Positions 25,188 to 36,373 of a stretch of 64,000 nucleotides of DNA are shown here, piece after piece; positions within the stretch are counted from its first letter, which is position 1, and the number at the start of each line of letters is the position of its first letter. The notes under the pieces were generated by a model, which worked only from the letters and a program-made list of their open reading frames with translations, was not told the DNA's origin and did not search any database. The DNA comes from Scyliorhinus canicula (lineage: Eukaryota): the NCBI RefSeq assembly GCF_902713615.1, contig NC_052158.1:40105729-40169728 (forward strand). Reading direction: 5' to 3'. The position numbers were made by a program, and so were the translations under genes.

Positions 25188-25459
25188 CTTTCTGTCCAAA
25201 ATATTCCGTTCCAGCTTGTAAACATCTGTTTAAATGCTAACATTTATATCCATATTCCACTTCAAGCATTCATTAAAGGATTGATCTGAATTCCACTTCT
25301 CTTTAGTCTTCACTGCAAAGTGATTAATTGCGACCCATTTTATACTGTTTGGCTCGAAAGTAATATAGTTCTTTCCATCCAATCCAACTCGCATCAATCT
25401 TTTAATGGATCCGTCTTCAGTGATTTCAACAATCATGATCCATTGAAAAGTGTGAACTC
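25188..25459 (-). pseudogene. Class I alpha2 exon, 272 bp, disrupted
   Basis: GVHTFQWIMIVEITEDGS...DGKNYITF...KTKEKW, then frameshift to KC*HLNRCLQAGTEYFGQK. The donor reads AT instead of GT at 25187-25186. Confidence 0.92.
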
Positions 25460-25816
25460 CTGTCAGAGACCAAATATAGATCAATAATCAATAATTAATA
25501 TGATCAGAGGGGAAGGGGCCTGTGCACCAGGGTGCTACCAGAGGACTGGAGCATTGAAAATGTTGCACCTTGGTCAATATGGAGAGAAAGTACAGAGTGA
25601 TAGATCTGTCTCAACCTTAGATATATCGCTGCCCTTTCATTTAAGCTCTCAATAACTCTTTATAGCCTATTTGCGACCTCCTCACAGCTTTCATTCACAC
25701 CTCGGATCCTGATGAATGGCTATTTTTCAGAATAGATGAAGATGGTGTTCCCCAGGAGGAGGGTCACGGCTGTTTTCGATACAATAATAACTTGGGCTTT
25801 GGGAACACATTTTCTG

Positions 25817-27596
25817 AACCCTCCAATCATCAGGCACCTCTCCTGTGGCTGTCCATGATTCAAATATCTCAGCTAGGGGGCCGGCAATTTCCTCCCTAGC
25901 CTCCCACAACGTCCTGGGATATATTTCATCAGGTCCCGGGGATTTATCTATCTTGATGCGCTTTAATACCTCCAGCTCCTCCTTCTCTGTTATATGTACA
26001 CTCCTCAAGACAGCACTTTTTATTTTGCCAAATTCCCTAACATTCGTGCCTTTCTCACCGTAAATGCTGACGAGAAATATTCATTTAGGACCTCTCCCAT
26101 CCCTTGTTGATCCTCAAGAGGCACTCCCTAGTCAGCCTTTTGCCCTTTATGAATCTGGAAAAGCTTTGGATTTTCCTTTGCCTTACAGCCAAGACAATCT
26201 CATGTCCCCTTTTTGCCCTCCTGATTTCTCTCTCAACTCTACTCCGACAAGTACTGTACTCTTCAAGGGATCGACATGATCCCAGCTGCCTATGTATATC
26301 ATATGCCTCCTTCTTCCTTTTGACCATTGCCTCAATATCCCGAGTCGTCCAGGGTTCCCTACTTCTACCAGCCTTGCCCCTCACTCTAAGAGGAATGTGC
26401 TCACCCTGAACCCTAGTTGACACCCTTTTGAAAGACTCCCATTTACCAGCTGTCCTCTTGCCTGTAAACAGGTTCCCCAAATCATTTTTTGACAGTTCCC
26501 ACCTAATACCATCAAAATTGGACTTGCCTCAATTTAGAATATTAACGTTTGGGCGAGAAATATCATTCCCCATAGCTATCATAAAACTAATGGAATTATG
26601 GTCACTGGTCCCAAAGTGATCCCTCACTAACATTCCTTATTCCCCAAGTGGAGGTAAAGTTTTGCCTCCTCTCTAGTCAGGTCATCCACATACTGAATGA
26701 GGAATTCTTCCTGAATACAGTTGACAAATGTCTCTCCATCCAAACCCTTAGTGCTCTGGCTGTCCCACTTAATGTTGGGAAAGGTAAAGTCCCTTACTAT
26801 TACCACTCGATTTTTCTGGCAGCTGTCTGTAATCTCCTTATATATTTGCTTCTCGATTTCCTGCTGACTGTTTGGGGGCTGATAGTACAGTCCTATCAAA
26901 GTGATCTCACCCTTCTTATTTTTCAGTTCTACCCATATAGTCTCAGTGGGCGAACCCTTGGATATGTCCTCTCTCTGTACTGCCTTGATGTTGTCCCTAA
27001 TCAAAAATGCAACTTCCCCTCCCCTCCTATCTCCTAATCTATATTTCCTATAGCATCTGTACCCAGGAACATTGAGCTTCCAGTCCTATGTTGCAGCCAT
27101 AGCTATAGTATTCCAGTCCCACATACCGATCCATGTCCTGAGTTCATCTGATTAGCCTGTTCGGCCTCTTGCATTGAAATAAATGCAGTTCAATCTGTTT
27201 TTCTGCCTTCAACTTTTCTCTTTCCTGGCTTTTGTTTCTGTTCCATCTTTAATACCCTCTGACATCCTGCTTTGGTTTCCATCCCCCTGCCACATTAGTT
27301 TAAACCTTCCTCAACAGCACCAGCAAACAACCCCCTAGGACATTGGTTCCACCCAGGTGTAGACAGTCCAATTTGTAATAGTCCCACCTCCCCCAGAACT
27401 GCTTCTAATGTCCCCAAAAATTGAATCCCTCCCTCCTGCACCATCTCTTAAGTCACGCATTCACCCTGTCTATCCTGTCATTCCTGCTCTGACTAGCACA
27501 TGGCACAGGTTGCAATCTCGATATCACTACCTTTGAGGTCTTACCTTTTAGTTTAGCTCCTAAGTCCCTAAATTCAGCATGTATGACCTCATCCCA
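25817..27596 (-). mobile_element. CR1 LINE internal fragment (end of ORF1 esterase region, ORF2 endonuclease/tether, RT start), truncated at both ends
   Basis: EFRDLGAKLK...VVISRLQPVP; IGLYYQPPNS...DFTFPNI.W; KSPGPDEIYPR.LWEAREEIAGPL...DWR. Confidence 0.9.
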
Positions 27597-28326
27597 TGAA
27601 TCCGATCCCGTAGTCGAGAGGGTCCAACTGCTACACACAAACCCTCAATACGCCTACGTTGAGCACACTGACGGCAGACAGGATACGTCTCTCTGCAAGA
27701 CCTGGCACCCGCTGGCTCTCCCACCGACCCCACCGACTCTTCCACCAAACCCGACGTTTTCCCCACCGAACACCCCCCCCCCCGCCCGTCTACCGACGCT
27801 CCCCGCCCCACACCGACTGCCGACTCCGACAGCGCCCCCCCATAGCGCCCCCTGGCCCCCAGCCGGTGCCGGCACCGATCACCGTAATCACCCCTGATAC
27901 CCCCCATCCAAGGCGGGCAAAGACTCAGCCAACCGCGCTCCCAGATACACCACCATCGGAACCGACCGCATCCACGGCGCCACCAACGGAGCAGCGAAAG
28001 TCAGCACGGACTATCAGACCACCACAAAGACTGAACTTATAACTCCACTTCACCCCCGAAGGACAATGTGTTTTTTTTAAACAGGGGGTGAATGTGATGA
28101 ACGGTATTAATAACTGCTGTAAACGGTACCTGACCTTTAATACCTTGCCCCTTTAAGATGCTAGGAACCCTGGGGGACTCCGCCTCTGGCTATGCTCCCA
28201 GGAAATGGTATATAGGATAAGGCTCCATGTGGTGAGCACACTTCTCTCGGGTGCTGTTCAGTTCTCTGTAGATTAAAGCCTTTTCATTACCGACCTCACT
28301 CTCGCGTCGTAATTGAGGGTGCCTCA
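27595..28326 (+). mobile_element. Gypsy 3' fragment: integrase C-terminus, PPT and 3' LTR (28093-28326)
   Basis: DPVVERVQLLHTNPQYAYVE..DGRQDT.SL...RKSARTIRPPQRLNL*; ACAGGGGGTGAA PPT; TG...CA LTR. Confidence 0.9.
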
Positions 28327-29188
28327 CCATCCGAAGTTAATGATTTAAACCACTTTTGCCTGATTGTTCCCAGCCCAGTGCAATTGTCCAGAGGAAGTTA
28401 GCACCTCGAGGCAACTGTCAGCTAAACCCTCAGGTGGAAATGTCCAATGGGATTTCCCAACGCATCATTGGGATTCCCCCTAAATGTGACGTTGGAGACC
28501 GGAGTTCTAGTGAAATGATATTATTTGTAGTGATGATTTCACATTATAATTCACAGCATCAAGTAAATGAAATTGGTTTGCACAGGTTGTTATATTGTCA
28601 CTGACGATTTGAGATCTTTCTCCTCTATTTAGCTTCATTTTTTAATTGTGTAAATGTTAATGTCAAACCTTGGAGCAGAGAGTTTGGGTCAATCATTAGT
28701 GTTGGGACGAGCACTCAGTCTAACTAATAGGATCCCTGCCTTTTTTTCAGGATTAAGGTAGAGGGAAATGTTAATTATGTTCTTCTAAACCCGGGCCAAA
28801 CGCAAGGAATCATTTCCATCCCTAAAGATTTTGTGGATGACAGGATATTGTAGTCACTCCAGGATTGGGGTAAAATCTTCGAGCTAATGGGCTGGGAGTC
28901 CATATTTAGGATTGATGGATTCCCCACTCTTCCCAAACTGGCGTTGTCCTGGTTTCCGTCCTGCTGCATCCAACTGTACAGTCCCACTGAAAAGGGCCAT
29001 TAACACCTCCCAGGCTCCCAGTTCAATATTATTGCTCACACACTGATGGAGTGAATTTAAAACTAGTCACATTGTCTTGTTCCTGATTTGTCCCCACATC
29101 TCCACCCATCCAATCAGCAAGAAACACAGGATCACAGCCATTTAAACCCCCTCACCCAACCCCACCCCACCCAACCCAACCCAACCCC

Positions 29189-31646
29189 GGATTAGAATAG
29201 CGGTTTTAATATACTCACAACAGAGCCAGCCGGTTAGCCATTGAACTTTCGGTGAATTGGCCGGCTGACCATGTGGCACTGATCTTTATACAGCAGCTCC
29301 AGGGGGAGGAGTCCTGGACTGAACCAAGGGAGAAACCCAGTACAATTCTCGAGCCTTCCCAGAGCTACACCCCTGGTGGTCAGGTAATGCAACTGCACTT
29401 ACAATACAGGCACATGTATATACAGATTATAATCCAGTGTGAATCACATTCACCACATTCACCCCCTGTGAAAAAAATGGAGTCCAGCGGGGGGGGGGGG
29501 GGGGGTGGCTCACAGAGTTAGTCTGTCTGGTGGACGAATTGTTCATTTCGATCTGCGGAGCACCGGGGTTGCAGCCTCTTGCGGTGGCTGGGTGGGTGTT
29601 GAGAGCTGGGGTACAATGGCAGACTCCAGGGCGGGTCTCTCCCGAACTTTATACACTTCTGGCTCGACCGGAGACTGGGGTCCCTGGGGGTGGGCTGATT
29701 CTGGTACGTGGAACCGGTGGGGTGAGCTTGTGGAATCGGGGGCGTGAGGGGGCAGCAGCATAGGGAACTGGGTAAGGGGTTCCTCAGTGGGGGTGGGGGT
29801 GGGGGCAGGATCCAGCAGGTGCCAGGTCCCGAAGGGATACTGTGTCCTGGCGACCATCCGGGAACTCCACGAATGCGTACTGGGGGTTGGAATGGAGGAG
29901 GTGCACCTTTTCAACAAGGGGGTCAGTTTTGTGCCCCCTGACGTGCTTCCTCAGGAGAACCGGGCCTGGTGTCCTCAGCCACGCCGGAAGTGAGACTCCC
30001 GTGGTAGTGCCCCTAGTAAAATTGAAGAGTCGCTCGTGAGGGGTTTGATTTGTAGCTGTACAGAGGAGGGATCTGATTGCGTGGAGCGCGTCTGGGAGGA
30101 CTTCTTGCCATTGGGAGACTTGGGGTTTCAGAGTTTGAAGGGGATGGATCCCAAGATGGCCTCCCCCATGAGTCGCACATGGCCGGCCGCATGGCGGAGG
30201 ATTGCCAAGGTGGCTGCCCCCATGAGTCACACATGGCCGGCCGCATGGAAGAGGATTGCCAAGATGGCCGCCCCCATGAGTCGCACATGGCCGGCCGCAT
30301 GGAGGAGGATTGCCAAGATGGCTGCCCCCATGAGTCGCACATGGCCGGCCGCATGGAAGAGGATTGCCAAGATGGCCGCCCCCATGAGTCGCACATGTCG
30401 GGTGGGGGCGGAGTCGGCATACAGGCTGCAGCATTTCGGGGCCTGCGGGCCTGTGAATTCAGGGAACGAGTGCTTTGAGCCGTGGGAGGGTTAGAGGCTG
30501 GGGCTTTCTTTGCCAGACACACTCTGGCATAGTGTCCTTTTCACCCGCAGCTGCTGCAGGTCGCGGATCGGGCTGGGCAGTGCTGCCGCGGGTGCTGGCT
30601 TTGGCCACAGAAATGACAGGCTGGGGCAGCTGAGTAGCTGGCTGGAGCAGCTGAGTAGCTGGCTGGGGCAGCAGAGTAACTGGCTTTGGCAGCGCGGTAG
30701 CTGGGGGGGGCCGTGCGGCACAGGCTTGGGGGGACTGTTGGTCGGGGGTCCACGATGAGGTCGCGGGGTCCGCGGGAAACGAGGTGAGGCTGCGGAAGGA
30801 AACTTCCATAGTGGTAGCAGCCTCCACAGTAGTGTCTAAGTCCTGGGCCCCCTTTTCTAGCAGTCTTTGGCGCACATAGTTAGATCTAAGGCCCGCTACG
30901 AAAACGTCCCGCACAGCAAGCTCCCTATGTTCAGCCGCGGTAACGGCTTGATAATTACAGTCATTAGAAAGATTGGTCAATTCCCGTACAAATTCGGCTA
31001 GCGTTTCTGTCGGCCGCTGACGGCGAGTCGTAAACACGTGGCATGCATAAACCTCGTTAATGGGCCTAACGTATATTTGTCCAATATTGCCAGCGCTGCG
31101 GTGTAAGAACCGGCCGGATTCAGCTGTGTGGAGATTCTGTGGCTTACCCTTGCGTACAGTAGGCTGAGTTTTTGTTCCTCCATTGTTCAGCTGTGCTGGC
31201 TTCTGCCTGGGAGGCTTTAAAACATCCCAGCCAGTGGGAAAAAATGTCCTTAGCCTCTGCATCCTCTGGGTCGAGTTCTAGGCGTCCGGGCTTGAGGGCT
31301 GCTTCCATGATTTCTTTGACTGTTTCCTGAGTATATTAAATTGTTGGAACCAACAATTCTACGGCCACGTGCTTGTAGGATTAGAATAGCTGTTTAATAT
31401 ACTCACAACAGAGCCAGCCGGTTAGCCAGTGAAATTTCGGTGAACTGGCCGGCTGACCATGTGGCACTGATCTTTATACAGCAGCTCCAGGGGGAGGAGT
31501 CCTGGGGGGAACCAAAGGAGAAGCCCAGTACAATTCTCGAGCATTTCCAGAGCTACTCCCTCTGGTGGTCAGGTAGTGCAACTGCACTTACAATATAGGC
31601 ACATGTATATACAGATTATAATCCGGTGTGAATCACATTCACCACA
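29189..31646 (-). mobile_element. Internally deleted Gypsy element (gag remnant fused to IN C-terminus; PR/RT/RH missing)
   Basis: LTRs at 31342-31646 and 29189-29457 (3' copy truncated); gag motif AVRDVFVAGL...RQRLLE and zinc knuckles; four 54-bp tandem repeats; QWQEVLPDALHAIRSLLCTATN. Confidence 0.92.
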
Positions 31647-31899
31647 ATCAGCTCCCAGAGCAGACTATGAAATTAGTTTTTTATACTTTCTGAAAGACAA
31701 CTAATTCAAATTTCAGAAATTAGTTTAAGGCAGTTCCCTAATTAACCTATTGTAGCTGATTTCAGAGAGGTTGGTTTATCCTGTAAAAGATATGTCTACT
31801 AACCTGAGGTAACTGCACTTAGAAACAAACCCTTAAAACTGCCACTCAGCAGTCCTGAGTGCTGAACGTTTGCCCTTTTAGTTCCTGTTTCACAGATTT

Positions 31900-32174
31900 A
31901 ACACTGTTGCAGTTTAATCTTCCTGGTAATTGGTGACTGATTCCAATTATTTCTTCATTGGCTAATTTCAGATATGAACCAATCATTCACACTCTGTATC
32001 TGTGGTTTGAGATCAGGAAATGATCAAAGTTCAAGTCAAACTAAAATTGAAGCTCCAGAAATTTGTTGTTTATTTTGTTCTTTCCTTCCCCCAGTCTATT
32101 ATCAGGATTAGTTTCTTCCTCAGAGAGTTTGATTCCCAGTCACTGATTGGAAGAGGGTGCAGTGAATTCCCAGA
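31900..32174 (+). promoter_or_regulatory. Second class I-like promoter (Y box 32143-32150; ISRE-like AGTTTCTTCCT at about 32110-32120)
   Basis: Paralogous to 10411-10680 in reverse orientation. Confidence 0.6.
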
Positions 32175-32226
32175 ATGTTCCTGATCCTTTTCTCCATCTC
32201 CCTGTGTTTTTCCTGAGTCTCTCCTG
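32175..32226 (+). pseudogene. Leader exon with premature stop (MFLILFSISLCFS*VSP)
   Basis: TGG>TGA at 32214-32216 relative to the 10.4-kb copy; intact GTAAGT donor at 32227. Confidence 0.8.
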
Positions 32227-32652
32227 GTAAGTACAGAATTCACTCTTCCATTCTCACTTTCAATCTCTCTGTCTCTCTCACACACACCTCTCCAGCTCAG
32301 GAACTTCCCAGTGATTTTACTGGGAGTTGGAGAGTTCGTGGGAAATGGGTGTCAGAATATTACATTGCCAGGGACATTGTCCCAGATCTTTGGGTCAGTG
32401 GGGATGTTGGACCTATCGCTGCTGACTGAAGATAAATCTCTGGGGTGGGATTCTGCGGTTTCCCAAGGTGAAATTGTATTCGCCGATCGGCCAGAGAATC
32501 CCAGTTTGTGCCGAAATGGCAATTTGCGAAGTTCTGCCCCCTTGCAGAGCATGCCGCACGCTGTTGGGACGGCTTCAGGGCATCACCTGAGGCCCTCCCC
32601 CAATGCTCCGCCCCGGTGGGCCGAGTTACAGACAGCCTGGAACATTTATCCA

Positions 32653-33189
32653 GGGCTGGATTCTCCAGTGGCTGACACCAAAATCACGTTCGGGCGACCG
32701 GCCGGAGAGTCAAAGTTTCCGACCAAATCGGAGGTGGTGCCGCTTTCGTGCTGCTGTGCCCCCTCTGCGCCATGTATCAACAGCCTCGGAACATTGCCTG
32801 AGGCCCGCCCCCGATACTCCCACCCCAACTAGCCGAGTTCCTGACGGCTTGGGTCTCTCATGGTCTCATCCGTCGGGAACTCGGCGTGGGCGGCTGCCGA
32901 CTCAGTACGGGGGGGACATTATTCGGGGCTGGGGACACTGTGGGGCGGTGGTCTGGAGCATGTGGGCACTATTTTCTATTTTGTGGGTCATGTGGCACGG
33001 CAACGGCTGCTGCAGGCCCCGCCGTGCGCATGCAAAGCCCACGGACCCGGCAATTCTCTGTGGCGTATCGGCAGCTACAGCCGAGTGCTCTACGTTGCCG
33101 TCCTGTCAGCTCCCAACAAAACAGGGTAAAATGCTGCCGTTCCCACGCTGGTGTGGGGACATAGCCCCAGAATCGGAGAATCCAGACCC
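32653..33189. mobile_element. MITE with GGGCTGGATTCTCC-type TIRs, nested in a related degenerate element (about 32443-33799)
   Basis: Left GGGCTGGATTCTCC and right GGAGAATCCAGACCC. Confidence 0.7.
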
Positions 33190-33410
33190 CTATTTTTTTT
33201 TCGGGAACCCGCGTGCTGGCTACGGACTGAGCCCAGCGTCACTACAGTTGGGCGGGAGCCATTCCGTGGCAGTGGGGGCTTTGGCGGGGGCTAGGGGCAC
33301 TGGTGGGTGGGTGGTCCAGGGGTCAAAGGCAGTCAGTGTTTGGCAGGGCCGGGTCCGCACGCGGCGGGCGCCATGTTGTACAGCGCCGCCACTGCAGGCC
33401 GCTCCCTGCG

Positions 33411-33586
33411 CCTTAGCTCACAGGGCTAAATCGCTGGCTTTTAAAGCAGACCAAGCAGGCCAGCAGCACGGTTCGATTCCCGTACCAGCCTCCCCGGACA
33501 GGCGCTGGAATGTGGCGACTAGGGGCTTTCACAGTAACTTCATTGAAGCCTACTCGTGACAATAACCGATTTTCATTTCATTTCAT
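33411..33586 (+). mobile_element. Second SINE family (tRNA-like head, TTTCA-repeat tail)
   Basis: Highly similar to 52289-52468 and to the 3' fragment at about 40180-40255. Confidence 0.8.
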
Positions 33587-34063
33587 GTGCGGCCACGGAC
33601 CCAGCAATTCTCTGGCCGTATCCGCAGCTACAGCCGGGAGCTCTACACTGCGTGTCTGCTAGCCCCTACCAGGCGGAGGATCGGTGCAACATTTGCCCTG
33701 TTTTTCTGGGCGTAAATCGCCACTGTTCCCACACCGGCGTCAACACTTATCTTCAAATCGGACAATCCAGCCTCTGGCCTCTGGATCATCGGAGATGGGA
33801 GGCTGGATTCTCCGATTTTGAGACTAAATGCTGACACCGGCCGTGGAAACAGTGGTGTTTTACGACAGCAAAAATGGCGCAACAGCTACATCGATTCAGC
33901 AACTCTAAATGGCTAACACCATCGCCACGTGGAACAATCAATTCCATGTGAAACAGCACCAGATTCGCCGGGTCCGTGATTGGCGCTCATGGGGCTCACA
34001 CGCCGTAGCCGCACTTAAATGGTCCCTTTCCCCCCCCACACACACACTGTTCCAGTGAACAAG

Positions 34064-35430
34064 ATGGCTGGTGTTGCTCATTCTGGGTGTGTGCTTAACA
34101 CTCGATTTGGCTCTGTTTCGTTACTTAGCTTTGGAGTCGCCAGGTATCGTTAAGATACCGCCACAAGTTTCAAGGTCAAGCTCAAAGCAATAAAACCATA
34201 CACCAATTAGTAAGTTCAACAAGATACGTTTATTATATTACAATATTACTAATCATGCATATAAACTATAAGACTAGGCTAATCCTACCACTAATAGGCC
34301 AAATACTTATCTGGATAAGGGGACTGCCGGATCAGGGAACAACGGCCTCTAGCTTTGTCCTGGGTCCGCAGGCTTCCAGTGGTTATGGTCTAAAGGGGTC
34401 AGGGGTGTCTATTCCCGTAGCATCCATTGTGACCTACTTGCTGGCGGCTTCTGTCCAGACCTCTCCTGCACAAGGCTCTTCTGCTGCTTCGGTGTTCTGC
34501 TGGGAGGGCTAGCTGGTCAAGGAGAGGCTGACAGAGAGAGCTGGGGTCGGGGTCTCTGTTTTATACTCCTCTCAGGGTCTTGCGCCCATCTGGGCGGACT
34601 CTCTATACTCTTGTAATCAATTGGGTCTCTTCCCAATCGATTGATTTGAATTCCCCAATAGCGGGGCAGTTGCTCGATCACTGGGGCGGTTCTTGGGACT
34701 TATTGTTTTGGGCTTCTTTGGCACCGAAAAGTCTGGCCTTCCATCCAATGTATCGATTAGTGTTAACCTGTGTCTTTTGTGCCTGGGGATCGCCCGGTAT
34801 CGCCTCATTAATATGCTAACTGTTTCTTTTCACAGTGCTGTCTGGTTTCTGCAACAGCCAAACTGGTTTCTGCAGCAGTCCAAATATACAAGCGCTCTGC
34901 AGGCTGCTTGCTTTTTACAACATGTCCATTTTCCCTGCATTCCTTGCAATCTTCCATTTTGTGTTGGGCAGTGTTCACCCCAGGTGGCTACACTAGAAGG
35001 AGAGCAGCACCACGGTTCAGGGAGGCTGAGATGGACACCCTCCTGGATGCTGTGGAGGAGAGGTGGTTGACCCTGTACCCTGGCTAGGTAGGAAGGCCGC
35101 CAGGCGCCGCTGTTTGCCATGCCTGGGCGCAGGTGGCAGAGGCGGTCAGCGCCACGGGCAACGTTGTCCGGACCAGCCAGCAGAACCTCCTCAGGGTGGC
35201 CAGGGTGAGTTGGCTGCTCTGTGCCCCTGGCACTAACCCTGCCCCTCCCCACCAAACACCAGTAACCCTACCTCCGACCCAGGAGAAGGCCGCGCACAAC
35301 TGCCTGGCGCGGGAGATAATTGGAGGGAACCTCCAGACCTGCGGCCTCTCACCGTGCCCGAGCAGAGGGCACTGGACGTGGTCAGCGGCCCAGACGAAAG
35401 GGAGGTCTCTGACGTGGAGGTTGGCAGCGA
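34064..35430 (+). pseudogene. Harbinger-associated Myb/SANT-like DNA-binding protein remnant with an intron
   Basis: MAG|RRAAPRFREAEMDTLLDAVEERW..LYP...W.QVAEAVSA.GNVVRT.QQ; GT donor at 35205, AG acceptor at 35282. Split by a solo LTR; contains an in-frame stop. Confidence 0.75.
34072..34992 (-). mobile_element. Solo LTR (921 bp)
   Basis: TG...CA ends; 4-bp TSD CTGG/CTAG. Removing it restores ATG GCT GGA AGG AGA GCA of the Myb ORF. Confidence 0.75.
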
Positions 35431-35560
35431 GTGAGCAAGTGAGACCCTGCTTAATTGCGCATCCCCATGACACATGTGGACACCCCACCCACACTCCCCA
35501 CCCCACACCCCCATACCAACCCCCCCCGACCCGTTGTACCTTCGAAACCACAGTGTGTGT

Positions 35561-36157
35561 CTGTCACCGTATACGGTGGGCAAATGACCACAAGTTGTTC
35601 AAAACGGTAATAGTTTATTAGACACACAGTCAACACACATATACAAGTTGAACTCTAAACTAACACACCAGACTGACCCTAACTTCACGTCTAGGTGACT
35701 GGCAAGTACAGAGCAGATCTGGCCTTATCTTTAATCTGTCATCTGGCAGTGCTGGATGTCTGTTGCTGGTCCACTGTGTCCCCGGCTCTGGTCCCTTTGT
35801 GGATGGTGTGGATGGTCCCCTCCTTGGCTGGTGGTCAGTGGTCAAGTGAGCGGGTGGTGGGCTGCGCAGCACCTTTTATCCCTTGCAGGTTTTGCACGCT
35901 TTAGGCGGTCCCAGGTAGATGTCCAATAGATCGATCAGGGCATCAATCACCCTGATCTATCTCAACCAATTGATGGTGGACACTTTGATGGCGGTGCGGG
36001 TCCCAGTTGGCCATGGCTGCTAGTGTCCGAGGCACATAGGCCTTCCCAAATAAGGAAACAGACGCCAACAAGTCTGCTACATATTGTTACTTTCTACCTG
36101 CAGCCCATGTATGTTTGCAAGCTGCAGCCTGTCTGTGTGCTGACCAATTTCCCATCG
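35561..36157 (-). mobile_element. Probable solo LTR (boundaries uncertain)
   Basis: Minus-strand AATAAA and TATA-like motifs, with composition unlike the flanks. No clear TSD. Confidence 0.4.
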
Positions 36158-36373
36158 ATCTGTGAGGGCACCCCACCCCCGTCACCCCCAGGCCTGTTAT
36201 CCGCTGGTGCCCCTCGTCCTGGCGCCGAGCCCTGCTGCCAGGGACACTGTTGGCTGGCACTGCCCTCACTGGGGCCTGCCTTGGGTCAGGCCCTGGGTGC
36301 TTCCCCCACCACCCCCCCCCCCCCCCCCCCCCCCACCCCCCTCCTCCCCGGTGGGTGGCTGCCGGTTGGGAGG

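Larger units (their letters stand above)
13634..25459 (-). pseudogene. MHC class I(-like) heavy-chain pseudogene body: alpha2, alpha3, TM and cytoplasmic exons
   Basis: alpha2 (GVHTFQW...DGKNYITF...KTKEKW) and C1-set Ig alpha3 (LSCLVTGFYP...W...YSCQIEHSSL) in class I phase-1 exon architecture. Frameshift, stop and broken donor in alpha2; frameshifted TM exon. Confidence 0.88.

Noticed and set aside
28690-29000. FVDD-containing frame as a candidate alpha1 exon
   Set aside because: Wrong strand for the gene body, stops in frame, and no other alpha1 motifs.
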